Shown here: piece after piece, positions 12,562 to 25,869 of the stretch
How the letters are laid out: each line of letters begins with the position of its first letter
How positions within the stretch are numbered: the first letter of the stretch is position 1
The notes under the pieces: generated by a model
Database searches by the model: none
What the model saw: the letters and a program-made list of their open reading frames with translations, nothing else
What the model was told of the DNA's origin: nothing
Made by a program: the position numbers and the translations under genes
From: Tubulanus polymorphus
Lineage: Eukaryota; Animalia; Nemertea
DNA: 64,000 nucleotides
Assembly (NCBI RefSeq): GCF_964204645.1
Contig: NC_134032.1
Coordinates: 11,210,275 to 11,274,274 of the forward strand
Reading direction: 5' to 3'

Positions 12562-14352
12562 TTCTTAGAATAAGGTCAATATTATTACTGAATACGACCT
12601 AGATAGTAATCACTCTGCTAATCTAATCGGCCACAAAAACGCCTTTAAAGAAAAAGCCAGGCGGCGCTTAATTCGGAGAGGGCCGAGCTGTTGAGAATCG
12701 AGTAATTTATTTTATATGGCCTTGTACGATATTGTTCAGCTGACTTCTGGCGCGTATTTAACCCGACAGTAGAACCTTCTATAGGCTCTCTCGAAATCCA
12801 GTAATCTCTGTAAATCCATTCAACAATAGAGACACAATTGCGGCTATTCAGAGTTGTTGATATCATTTATACGCGCTATTGAATACGTCACCGGCTGATC
12901 ACGGTGTACACAAGCATTCACCTCAGCTCTCTCACACTGTGTGCATGCTACCGTGGATTCTCCTCCTGGCGATCTTCGCTGCGCTCCCGCTCCTGCTCCT
13001 GTTCCTGCTTCCTGAGAAACGACGTCTTTATGTTTTATGTGTTATTGTTCGTCTCTGTGCTGTCCTGTACTGTTCCGTGTTTATTAATCCTATTTTCCAG
13101 GGTCTCCCCCGTTCTCTTTGTCAGGGCCGATTTCTCCGTCGAATTTCAGCGTTTGCTGGAACAAAAATGTCCGAAAACGTGTGCTCTTTTTCGCTGGTCA
13201 TGTGTCGAGAACGTCAGGTAAAAGTCAGCCAGGAAATGATGTTCCTACGTGCCGTAGAGATAGCAAATCAGGACGACAATGCCTCACGTCATTATCTGCC
13301 TACAGGGTGTGCTGAGTGACGTCAGTGACTGTGATATCTATCGGATTGCTAGGGGTATAAAATTGAGTGGTGTCATACTGGTTACCTTTCCGGCAGGACT
13401 CTAGTTGTTCTCAATCCTCGGATCATCCTTCCTGCAACTAGTTAACTCTAGTTTTGGCTGTGGTCACCTTTGGTTTTCCGGCAGAACTTCTCCGAAGATG
13501 TAACCCTCCGTAGATGTTGTTCTCAATCCTCGGATCACCCATCCGGCAACTAGTTAACTCTAGTTCTGGCCATTGGTTGACCATGGTTTTCCGGCAGGAC
13601 TTCTAGTTGTTCTCGTTCGGCAACTAGTTAACTCTAGTTCAATCAGTTAGCACTACTCTCTTTTGTCTTTAGCAATCTGGCAGATGTGTACTATGTCTGT
13701 ACTTCGATTTCGAAAGAAAATTATGTAAAATCGATCGCCACTCACACAACTATATCTGTACTTCTATTCCCGCCTGTTTTGCTCCGGCAGGTGTGGTACG
13801 ATTGTAAGGGACACCAACTCAAAAAGTCAAATGAAAGCTTGAGGTCGACAAATCATCGAAAATCTGCCAATTCGAGAACAGTGCACAAGGGCCGATTTGA
13901 ATCAAACTTAACAACCAAACAACCAGCTTAGGAGATCCTCGCCGATAATGAACACAGCAATCATAAAAGGTAACTTGATATACTTTGATATACTTTGAAT
14001 TATTACGATTAATTCTGGATAAAATATTTGTATTTACAGGATATTTTTGTTTTCTCATTTCAGCTAAATCCAATCTATATGAAACTGCCGCGCTTGAGAT
14101 CAACAACTCGTTTAAAGTCTGCCGATTGGAGAACAGCCCACAGAAAAGGCCAATTCTGATCAAACTCAACAACCGACCAACTTAGGAGATCCTCACCGAT
14201 AATGAACCCAGTAATCCTAAAAGTTAACTTGATATACATGAAATTATCTTATATAATAATTGTCGGACCCACTGCTCCATCGTTACGGGATGAATCGCCC
14301 TGAAAATTTGCCTTGTGGTAGATCTCGTCGTCTTTTATGGCTTGGTTTCCAT

Positions 14353-14661
14353 GGAGCGTTGTGACCGAGTAGTTAGTGTTCGGCTCTGAAAAGCCAGGGC
14401 GGGGGTTCGAACCCTGTACATTGCCATAGTGTCCTCGGGCAAGACACTTATCCTCATTGCCTCTCTCAACCCAGGAGTAAATGGGTACCTGGCCTCATAG
14501 ATGACCCCTGGGCGCTCGTTAGGCACTCGGTGTTACTTCTCCCCAGGAAGAGATGACTGATGAGTATTAAAATGGCTGGGGTAATAATACTGAAATGTAA
14601 AGCGCTCTGAGCAGCCTTGCTGGATTTAGCGCTATATAAGACACATATTGTTTATTATTAT
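14353..14661 (+). mobile_element. tRNA-derived SINE with conserved central domain and LINE2-like tail
   Basis: A-box-like GTGACCGAGTAG; B-box GGTTCGAACCC; CORE/V-like GTGTCCTCGGGCAAGACACTT...GTAAATGGG; tail TGTAAAGCGCTCTGAG...GCGCTATATAAG followed by (TTA)n. Confidence 0.8.
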
Positions 14662-16299
14662 CTAAGTGTATTTTGGAATTCATGTGGTGGGCCATTTACC
14701 AAATTTTTGTAGTCTCTTCTACTGTTCACAGAGGGTGCATAGGTCTGCTGGCATAGCCACTGACTTGTCGCAGCCACTGTTGTCACAGTTGATACAGTAC
14801 GAGTTACTGCTGAGCCGGGTCACCAGCTGGGTCATGAAGCAGTTTTTCAAATGTAACAGATGATAGTAGATAAAAAAGCAATTAACCCACTTACGATAAC
14901 CTACGAAGCACTGCTGTCGGTTCAAAGCAATACACTCACTTCTTGAAGTCAGCAGACTGTATTGGGCGGGTTCAAATCTTCAGTACTACGTAAAATTCAT
15001 CCAGGGCTGTCGGAACTGGGGCGGCAGGGGCGGCCAAAGCCGCCCCACTTTTTTGCATAACAAAGATTGAAAATTTGTTAATGCTTTTTTGCAAAAGCAC
15101 GCTGTACCGCGTAGCAGCTCATCGTTCTCTGTACTAGGTGGTTGGCTCACGACTTCTCATGCTTCTGTGAATGAGACCATGAAATGGCTCCAAAACGCAT
15201 CTGCGATTGAATTTTCAAAATTTTTCAGGGGAGGGCCCAAGACCCCCCTTCAGAAATAAGCCTCGCTACTGAAAAACTCCTTCCGACGGCTCTATACATT
15301 ATGAAATGATCATATCGGTACTTTACATGTTTGTTCCTATCTATAGGTCTGTTAACTTGGGCTTAGGTCAAGTCGGTCCAGAGATCCCATATTGTCTCTA
15401 TTGGCACAGGTGATCCCACCACATAATAGGCCACTTTGAAATGCTCCTACTCAATTCACGTGCAATGAATTAATAAGTCGGAAGTTCTACGCTTAAAAAT
15501 CACACGTACTTTCCACTAGTTGCGATTAATTCTGAATGAAATATTTGTATTTACAGGATATCTTTGTTTACTCGTTTCAGCTCTGATTAGAGAACAGCAC
15601 ACAGAAGAGGCATTTAATTATCAAAATCTATGCACCGGTCCACATTGCTGATCTGATATATATCCGGCTTAAATCTTAATCTTAAACAGTAATGAACTAA
15701 TGCTACTACAACGAATAATTGGGCAGTTGGGGTTCTAATGTCCGAATACACCGAGCATCTAAGCCTTAACCCAGCCATCGTTAAAGGTAAGTTTTTTTAC
15801 GTGGAAATTATGATCAATGCTATATAAAGAATTGTGTGGAAACAGGATATTTTCTTTTACTCATTTCAGTTAAATCACATCTATAAGAAAAAGCCCATCC
15901 TAAGATTAACTAGTCAAAAATCTACTGATTAAAACAGCCAACCGAAAATTCCAACTTGAATTGAACTCATCAACTACCACAGAAGAGTCTTGAACCTACT
16001 TCGACAATCCTAGCCGATACTAAACTCAGCGAACTTTATAGGTTTGTTGATTTACATGGAATTTATTATCATTAATGTTATATGAAATATTGTATAATTA
16101 GATGATATCTTACTTACAGCTAAATCACATCTGTAAGAAAAAGCTCAGCCTGAAATAAACTAGTCATTTAAAAACCTACTCATTAAAACAGCCAACAGAA
16201 AATTACACCTTGAATTGAACTCACCAACTACCACAGAAGAGTCTTGAACCAACTCAGACAATCCTAGCCGTTAACTAAACTCAGCAATCTTAAAAGGTA

Positions 16300-16985
16300 A
16301 GTTGATTTCGTTATTCCGAAGAAAGATGGAGCATTTAGATTGATCCTTGATTTACTTTATTTGAATAGAAGTGTGAAATATTATCACTTCAAAATGAATT
16401 CCCTTGCTACAGTTCTGAATCTCGTGACCCCAGGTTGTTATATGTCTTTGTTAGGTCTTAGGGATGTTTATTATTTCATCCCAACTCATGAAAATGATAA
16501 AAAATATCTTAGATTTATATGGAAAGGTCAACTTTTTCAATATATCTGTTTAGAATTTGTGGAATTTCCTCTGCTCCTAGACTTTTTACGAAGTTATGGA
16601 AACCTGTATTTGAACCTTTACATTCAAGAGGGTTCTTCTCATTTGATTATATCGATGATATATATTAACAAGGAGATTCTATAATGGAAAATAGTATTAA
16701 TACAACTGAAACTGAAATTCGGCTATCTAAAGCAGGGTATTTAATTCATGAAGTTAGATCAGAGAAGGAGGCAGATACTCAAAGAAAATGGTTAGGATTT
16801 TGGTTGAATTCAAAACCTTGGATAGTTTTCATAAGAAATGATAAAACTGACAAGATCAAGAAAAAAATGTCAACTGTTGTTAAATTCTTCTTATCCTTCA
16901 ATTCATAAGTTGCCAGGGTCATTGGAATTTTAGTCTCTGTGTTCCCTGCTGTTCCATTTGGGCGACTGCAGTATCGCAAATTACA
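16300..16985 (+). pseudogene. Degenerate DIRS-type retrotransposon reverse transcriptase fragment
   Basis: DGAFRLILDLLYLNRSVKYYHFKMNSLATVLNLVTPGCYMSLLGLRDVYYFIPTHENDKKYLRFIWKGQLFQYICL resembles DIRS1 RT motifs (HFKME, DLKDAY, YL.F.W.G). Frameshifted; continues as WLGFWLNS...VIGILVSVFPAVPFG. Confidence 0.8.
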
Positions 16986-17612
16986 TAGTTAACCCCGAAG
17001 GAGCCAGTACCATAGTTGCGAGTTAGAGTCTATTCTACCAAGACTTTATGCGAAAAATTCACTTATTGATGCGAAATTGTTCATTTTCACTGTTCCCTTC
17101 CATCATAATGAAGTCTGAGAAAATAAAATCATAAAAAACATATTTTCATTTGCCCTCTCATTTCCTCACGAAAACAATCCGGGCAACTTATAATTCAGTA
17201 AATGACGTGTTGGTAGGATTTAGATCGGAGGTCAGTAAAAAACGACGTAAAGCAAAAACAAACGAACAAACAAATCATTCGAAACTGAAACAAGGTCTAC
17301 AGCCGTTCTGCCCCTCCACAAGGCAATATCTACAATGCAGCATCCATGTGTTTCTACCTCAAATCTCTACCTGGGGAAATATCAGTATGAAATCATTGCA
17401 ATGAAATATACGAGTTCGTATATTTCTATCGTATATATATTTCTGACGTAGCTAATTATGTAAAATGAAAATGAAACCCGGCGAATAAAAAACTTACGAG
17501 GGATTACAATTCGAACCAGTATCATCTACGGAAATAATTACAGCAGCAACGGAAAACGTGGATAACCCAAATTGGATGAACTGTAGTCTTATGTTGGTAT
17601 TCGGCGAAAGAA

Positions 17613-20600
17613 ATGCGGACTAAGATTTCAATCATTTTGCTCATACGGTCATGTGTATGTTGTTCAGTATGGATCGACTGTTTTTTTGCGTCGCTGATCG
17701 TCTGGCGAGTTAACATCGCGCACGCTGATCTGTCTGACTCCTTGACTATCAGTTCGTCTTGTAATGACACGTTGTACCCGGTCGATTCCTCGTCCGGTTA
17801 CATAGTTTCACCGAATTATCCGGCACTAACGCGCGGTGTTGAATGTCGTTGGTTCATCAATAGCTCATCACCCGGAGGGACTGTCAACATCAAACTACAT
17901 GTATACCACGACATTGAGCCGTCAATATTCTGCGATGACAACTACCTTCTCGTCGTTGAGTCCGGCAAAAGATTCTGCAGTGATGGAGAACAAGAAATAT
18001 TTCGTAACGATTCGATCTCGTTGATGTTTATGAGTAACGTCGATGGTGCGCGAGGTAGTCGGGTTTTTATCGTGTATCGTTATGAACGAAGCCATTTGAA
18101 TTTAAGACACGACTGTGCAAGAAGCTATTTTCTTGAATTGAGCAGCATGAAAACAGCGAAGGGGTACAAATATGCAATAACCAGATTGCAATGTCAACTC
18201 TATTTAGAATGGGTCGGACTTACGGATGATTACGCTCTGAACCTGACGTTCGTGGGAGTAAGTTTAAAGTTAACCCATATTTTCGAATCGGTTTCGGTTA
18301 AGATTCGTGACGGCTGGAACACCAGCAGTGAACCCTTCGCCAACATACACGAACAAACTGGCCTACCGTCGGTGACATTTTATACAAAATCCAACAAGGC
18401 AACCATCACAGGTTTAGCGCATCGTTTCATATTTCGTACACAATTATTAGTGCAAGTTTACAAAATATCCGATTGGAACGTCACTAATCCGTTAATTCAG
18501 ATACTTGATAAAGAGTCAGGAGTGCTCGTCCCCGGAGGCTCGAATTTACACGTAATAACTCGATCGAAACATTTACACTGCTGGTGTATAACAGTGCAGG
18601 TGTTGCAGTACGTCACGTTCAACTGGACAAGTGTTCTCGTCACTTCAAGTGACGTGATCGGTGTCTATAAACTGGAAGGGTTACGAATTGTGGGAACTGA
18701 TATTTTACTCGGTTTTAACTATCTCGAATCGCTTAGCGTAACGTCAGACAGCTTTCTCGTCATACTGTGCGTTTTGATAAAGGATGAACTTGCGATCAAG
18801 TCTCGGATAGAAATATATTTCAAAATGGAATCGTCTTTGATGGCGAATTTAAATTTTTTTTCGATGTCAGTAAGTACATTAATATATTCGGATGTAGGGA
18901 AAAAATTTCGAAATCTTATAAAACATGCACATATCAATTTCTAACGAATTTGTATTTTTCTCCACAGCCTGTGACGCAATTTCCACTTTTCATAACGTTC
19001 GGCAGGAGAAAAAATCCGACAATAACGTATCGCGTGTATAGAATAATGTTCACATTGAAAGTCGATATTAACGATAATGATTTACGCATGTTAGTTTTAT
19101 CGGAGAATTGCGAGCAAGCCGGATTTTACATTTTTGATGGTGGCAATTTGACGGCTAGTCGCTACGGACCGTATTGTCCGGGTTCAATTAGGTATGACCA
19201 TAACATCGTTAGTCTCATTTCATCAGGTGGTCCGATTACATTGGTTGTATACGCTTTCAAATGGGTCGGACAGTTATTGCAAAATAAAAATTACGAGTCT
19301 ATCCAATTTCGACCAACAGACTGTACGGGGTACACGCTACTGGAAGGAGAACGTCAGATCAATACGACATCGCACTGCGTAGTAATTACACCTAAAAATC
19401 GTCGCCTGCCCTTTAAGAACATCCGTATTCTATCAGAACACGAATACCAAATTGACAGATGTTTTCCTCGAAATGAGCGATCGCCGTGTAGCAGATTTAT
19501 AGTTTTAAATAATCAGTTTCTCAATAGTGGTCTTGTATTGATGAATGTGACTTTAAAAGGTGACAACAGGTTCCGGAAGTATCCACTCATCGTTAAACTA
19601 CGCCGTAAATGCCTAGGTCTGAAGAGAGTAGAGGCCCTCGGTATTGGAACAAAATTTTTCCAGTCCAATAATGAATGTGGACTCGTGCAGTCACCGAACT
19701 ATCCGGGAGTTGCGGGCATCTTTGTGCGATCTCAAATCTATAGCTTTCAAGCTGTAGCGTTAGGAAATGCCAAGAAATACACGTATTACAGGTTTGTGAT
19801 CAAATATATAGAAAAGACAATGTGCTCAAAAAGATTTCCAACAGATAAAGATCCGATCACCTACAGTCAAACGATTGGTTACTTACACCGACAACAACTT
19901 GATCAGAGGATCTGTATCACTTATTATCCAATACTCGGTAGCATAATTCACAGTCTAGACGATGGCAATGTCCTTTTCGTTGTAAGAAACCATATCCCAA
20001 CATTCCAAATACAATATACTTTAGAAGAAGCATCACAGATCAAAGGTAATCGTTGTAAATCGGGATTTTTTTATACTGGATTTTCTTGCGTCACATACAT
20101 CAAATCTGAACGTCTGAATTGGGAGAATGCCGAATTGTACTGTCGACGAACGTATGCGGGACATCTTCTCAGTATCAACTCGGAACAGGAAATGATTGCT
20201 GTAAAAAGATTATTTGCTACGAACCTTCTGCAAGCTGCGTATTCACAGAAAGCGCTCATAATAATGATTGGATTGAAACTGCAGGTAAATTTGATTTTGC
20301 AATTCTTTTGTATTCCGTGTGAAGACTCAAGCACTCAGCATTGTGTACACATGTTTCATTAACTTGCAGGCCCAAAACGAAGAGTAAATAGGCAAAAAGT
20401 ACCCGTCCCTAATATACAATTCTAAAATGTATGTAATCAAGGGAAATGCCCCTTTACATCCATTCCAAATTAATGCATAGAAAACCCTAATTGTTTATCT
20501 TTTTTCAAAACAGTCAGATACTTCTGGTTATTACGCGTGGACTGATGGCAAACCATTGAGCTACACAGAGTGGTATAGACCTACGAATAACGAAACGATA

Positions 20601-23600
20601 CCAGATGTTATCCAAGGATTGATACCCCTTCGTAGGAAACAACCGATCAATGACGCCAATATGCCGTGTACGGCGATGATTCTGAATAATCCACGAGGAT
20701 CTGCAAACTGGGTTCGATTCCCATGTAAAATCGAGGAGGTTCACACGACTTTCGTTTGCGAATCGGACTACGATGATAAAAAGCAAGTGGACAATGTAAC
20801 TATCTCTAGTAATAAAACAAAGGTAACCGTTAAAACAAATATAATGCCAGACGCCATCTTTTTAAACTCAACGTGCACCCGGGATTGGCTAGGTTTAGCC
20901 GGGAGGTGTTACCAGATACTAACAGAATGGAACAAACATCGAGGTTTGGATATCAAAACAGCGACAAAGATGTGTCACGCTATTGGCGGTGAAATAGCTA
21001 CGATCACTTCTTTGGTGGAAAATATTGTGAATGATTTGATCACTAGGTTTAGCTATCAATACCAATATGGCGCTCTAATAGTACTGGATGGAAGAAACAG
21101 ATTTAGAGAGATACGGCCATCACTCACAAGGGATGAAATCACGTACATTCATTCATTGGTTTGGTCTATTCGAACGATTGACAGCGAAGCAGAAATAGGT
21201 GTTGTGCATTCTGTTTTGTGTTCCTATAATGTAACTGATGAAGACTTAACTTCTATAAAAGGTTGCAAATTGTGGCAGTTTCAATGTAGCGACGGAAGAT
21301 GTATCAGCAACCATCGTGTGTGTGACACTATACGCGACTGTCAACACGATGAAGATGAATTAAATTGCACGGATTTACATTTGTTCAGTCAGTTCAGTTG
21401 TAACGATGGATGGGTCGTATCAATAAGCGGATTTTGTAACTTCGTAAATGACTGTTTGGATGGTTCTGATGAGATCACATGTTTCCACAATTCGTGTCTC
21501 AATGACCAATACCGATGCTATAATGGTCAATGTGTCGATGTGTCATACAGATGTGACGGAGACACCAATTGTCAAGACGGCTCCGATGAAATGGGATGCG
21601 CTGTTGAACTATGTCAGGGGTTCAGGTGCAACAACAGAGAATGTATCAGCTCCAAGTTTTATCAGGATGGCGTCGTTGATTGCAGCGGAAGCCTCGAAGA
21701 AGATGAATCGGTACAAACTACTAATGTTACAGTTACGCCTATAGTTCAGTGCAATAATGAGAATCACTGTAAGACTAATTTCACAAACCTGTGCGCGGAA
21801 CCTGATGAACAAAGATGTTCTTTTAATTCCCTGCATTGCTATTCTAGACGTCACAGATGTATTTTAGAAAGGTTGACAAATGGTTATCCAGCTTGTAGAA
21901 ATTTGGAGCACTTATTGAGATGTGAAGAATTTGAATGTCCAGCTGGTACTGTAAAATGTACAGCATCGTATTGTATACCTGTCAGACAGGTGTGCGATGG
22001 TCGATCTGATTGTCCCAATTCAGAAGATGAGCAAAACTGCGAGACATTGTCATGTACAGGAATGTTTAAGTGTGGTCACGAAAATCGATGTATTCCACAA
22101 TCCGAAGTTTGTGATGGAATTGTACATTGTGAAATTACTACTGACGACGAGGCTTTCTGTAACGTTACGTGTCCTAACCGTTGTAAATGTCAAGGACATT
22201 CTGTCGACTGTAGAAATGTTGGTCTCACTGATATCAATGACCGTATCACTATATCAACTCGACTTTTAATGCTGTCAAATAACAGAGTTATTTTCAATGT
22301 GTCGACGTTTTCTTCCTTTGTTTATCTTCGTATGCTCAACATTTCCTTCAATAGATTATCCTACGTTTTGCCCAATTCGTTCTCCAACCTGCGTAACCTA
22401 CATACGTTAGACCTTACATACAATAATATAACATCCATACCCACGAATACATTCTTCGGTTTGAATAGTTTAAAGAAACTGCTCATTAGAGGAAATCCGA
22501 TTCAATATTTAGAAGAAGGTAGTTTTTATGATGTAAAGTCACTTTTAACGTTTGATCTGCATGGATTGAGCATTTCGGTACTTGGCGCAAATGTATTCAA
22601 AGGCCTATCCTCACTAATTTCATTGAATATCAGCAGCAATAGAATCAACGTCATTTCTAAATATGCTTTCTCCAGTTTAAACGAACTCGAGCATCTTGAT
22701 TTGGCCAATAATTCAAAGTATATTTCAACTGATAAATCAATTTTCCACAACCTGACATCATTAGTCTTCCTTAAATCTGACGCTTACAAATTTTGCTGCA
22801 TGGCTCCGAATGTCGACCGCTGCCTTCCCGAAGCTGATCAATTTTCCTCTTGTTCTGACCTAATGGGTAACTCAGTCCTCAGAGCAATCATCTGGGTCAT
22901 CGCTGCGTTCAGTTTCTTCGCTAACAGCATTGTCATTTTACTTCGCTTTCAACTATCATCATCCGAAACGCGCAGCAGATCTTCTGACATCCTCGTCATG
23001 AATCTTGCAGCTTGTGATTTTCTAATGTCAATTTATTTGTTTTTGATCGCGGGAGCCGATAAAGTTTATGAAGGCGTTTATTTCCTACATTCTGAAGTTT
23101 GGACAAGTAGTTCGTTGTGTCGTGTTGCTGGTATTTTAGTAACTGTTTCTTGTGAAGGCTCTTTGACATTCCTGCTCGTTCTTACACGTCAGCGATACTC
23201 GAATGTAATTGATATATTTTCCGACGGTTTTTTCGCATCCCCAAAACACGTCAGCCGTATTTGTTGTTTTTGCTGGCTTATTTTAAGTTTAATTTCTCTT
23301 TTACCGCTTTCACAATTGCCGTACTTCGGTCAAAATTTCTATGGCACTACCGGAGTTTGTTTACCAATGAATTTTCTGACAAATGACGTTCACGCCTGGC
23401 AATATTCTCTGGGTATTTTTGCTGTGTCAAACTCGGTCATACTTGCTACGATAATGATGACTTACGCACAGATGTACAGACTCGTTTCTGGGAGCAGGTC
23501 CAGCTCGGGAAGAATTAATCCTACCGAACTAGTTTTTGCGCGCAGGAGTTTGGTGATAAATCTTTCTAATTTATTTTGCTGGCTGCCAATTATTACCGTT

Positions 23601-23759
23601 CAGTTTTGCGCGGTGTTTCGAGTAGAAATACCGAATCAGGTGGCGGCTTGGTTGGCGGTTCTTTTCTTGCCCATCAACTCGTCCCTCAATCCCATTCTTT
23701 ACACTATACTGACTATTGATTTGAAGTCCATACAAGCAAAATATAAACGTCATCAGTAA
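17613..23759 (+). CDS. GRL101-like LDLa/LRR-containing GPCR (LGR type C) with N-terminal CUB and C-type lectin domains, ~1939 aa, 3 exons
   Basis: Exons 17613-18869, 18968-20284, 20514-23759; both introns GT-AG, phase 0. CUB (SGYIVSPNYP...CRW); CTL (WENAELYC...GHLLSINS...WTDG...SYTEW); second CTL-like domain; ~7 LDLa repeats (DC.DGSDE); LRRNT (CPNRCKC); LRRs; hinge DQFSSCSDL; 7TM ending NPILY. Confidence 0.9.
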
Positions 23760-25869
23760 ATTACCAAAATATGGCCTAGGCGGTTCGACGCTCGCAAACC
23801 CGCCTAGATCCGACTATGTAAGTAAAAACCTCTTGTTCTGTGTATTTTTTTGTAGGGCCCAGATGCACAGTATTGTCATAAGAACAAATGTGTTCTTAAA
23901 TTTCAAGACTGGTCATAAGTTGTTATTTGCTTAGACTGGTCTCATGTTGTTGGATTCGGTATAAAACTAAAATGAGCTCAGACAAGTTTTAAGTTGTTAG
24001 ATGGCAGAAGACCAAAATAACTTCAGACGGATATAAGTTTCTAAATTGGCTGAAGTCACTTACACTGGTCTTTACATGCTTAAATGCGGTGTTGTCATAT
24101 CGCGGAATGACGGAATCGCGGAATTTTTTGTAACACGGAATTTCTTCACTTTCACTATAAATAGAAACTGGGTTTTCCCGCAGGGATACCCTTTGTCGAA
24201 AAAGGTAACGGACAAAAGGTAACGGACCAATCGATGCGTTGAGTTAGCTCCGTCTAGTACCGATAATACATTTTTTAAACAGAGAAGCAACTACATAACA
24301 GCTTTCTCTTCAAAAATAACGCAGTTAAAAAGATTTACCATTTTATACATAATCTTTAATATCAATCAACTTTTATTATGCTCTGCTAGATACATCAAAC
24401 TCGCATTTATCACAATTTACATACACAAGACGCCTTAAAAATCCAAAGCCAGAATATGCATAATGTGTATCTTTTTTTGTCTGACACCGTTTATTTTGGG
24501 ATATTTCTCTTGGCCGTTTAAAAACATACTTCATCAGTCTGGTCTTAATATGACCAGTGAAACAGTGCGGTCTGGATAAACCATCGTTTTTATATCCATT
24601 TTACAACGCATCATTTATTAACTTACATGATAATTCCTCGAATACAAAGCTAAGTTTGCAGAATTTCGATTTTTGATGAGAGATTGATTATTTGTGAGAG
24701 TGAATTTGTTGTTTTATGTCCAGTTTTAATCTAATTATGTTGGAGATGTGTTACCGGGTATGCAGTTTTTTTGTATAAACAAAATATCTTAAATCTCTCT
24801 TACATTGTAATTAGAATAGTTGATATGTGATTGAATGCTTCATAATTCATGAAATAGCCAAGTGTCACTTATGCCCGGTGACATCATGAATTGTCAAATT
24901 AATGGTGTTAGACATTCAGACTAGTCCCCATTGTCGGTGTTTTATGGATCAAAGTTTACAATTCTTTGTGTAATTTTGTTATTTTCCTTTTGATTCAAAT
25001 TGTATGAATCAGTTGCAGTGGAATTTTTTTTGGTGAATTGAAATACCTTGAAATACCTTGCATGATGTAGTAGCATATGTGATATTAAAAGCTAGTAATC
25101 TTATATTTTGGATAATCTAAGTCATTAAAAGGCTAATGATGATATCTTGTTTTTTCCTGATCGGCCGGGTCATTTCAATTTGTAATAAGTTCATTTCTAT
25201 CTGCCGGGTCTCTCATAGTTTGCTTGATCATGATTTTTAAAAAAAGTCACGTATGGCCTAAGGTAGATCAGCGACCGGCCGGGTCAACTTTTAAGAGTAA
25301 AAATATAAATCACATTGATTACTTAAAATCTTACGCTTTCCAGAGTATTTGGCCAGGTTTATCTCAGGTTTTAGTGCGGGGAGCCATGGACTCTTACAGT
25401 TTAAGAGTCCATGGTTGGGCCATAGACGTTTTTGTTTTATAGTCTATGGTTGGACCATGAGCGTATAAACTCTCGTTTAAGGTTTATATATCCATGATTG
25501 GATTGTTTTTGAAATCAGTCCACGTGTTTGAGGAACTTAGGTTATAATTCCTCAAGCACAAACCTGGCGTTTTGTATAATTGTTGTATGTGAGTAAATAT
25601 AATTGTCTGAAACTCTTTTTGTTAAGTTAATTAGCTACTCTGAACCTAATTCGTTCACCGGTCAGTGGTTTTGATGCTATGTTCTGCCGATTCTTAAGAT
25701 TGACTATGCTCGGATTTTGCACTGAACTGATTCTGGCAGTAGACTCTCCGTGGTTGCCAGAGACGATTCACGTCAGTGTATGAAAAATCCGCTAATGTTG
25801 AGCATAGCGCAATATCAGCACCGGACGGTGTAATGGGCAGCACATCGCTTAGAATTTTCTCAGTATTAT

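Noticed and set aside
12879-13319. 146-aa ORF with hydrophobic stretches
   Set aside because: Low-complexity pyrimidine-rich sequence with a non-ATG start and several overlapping frames open; no family motif.
17522-23753. Small antisense and alternate-frame ORFs within the GPCR gene
   Set aside because: Shadows of the long coding exons.
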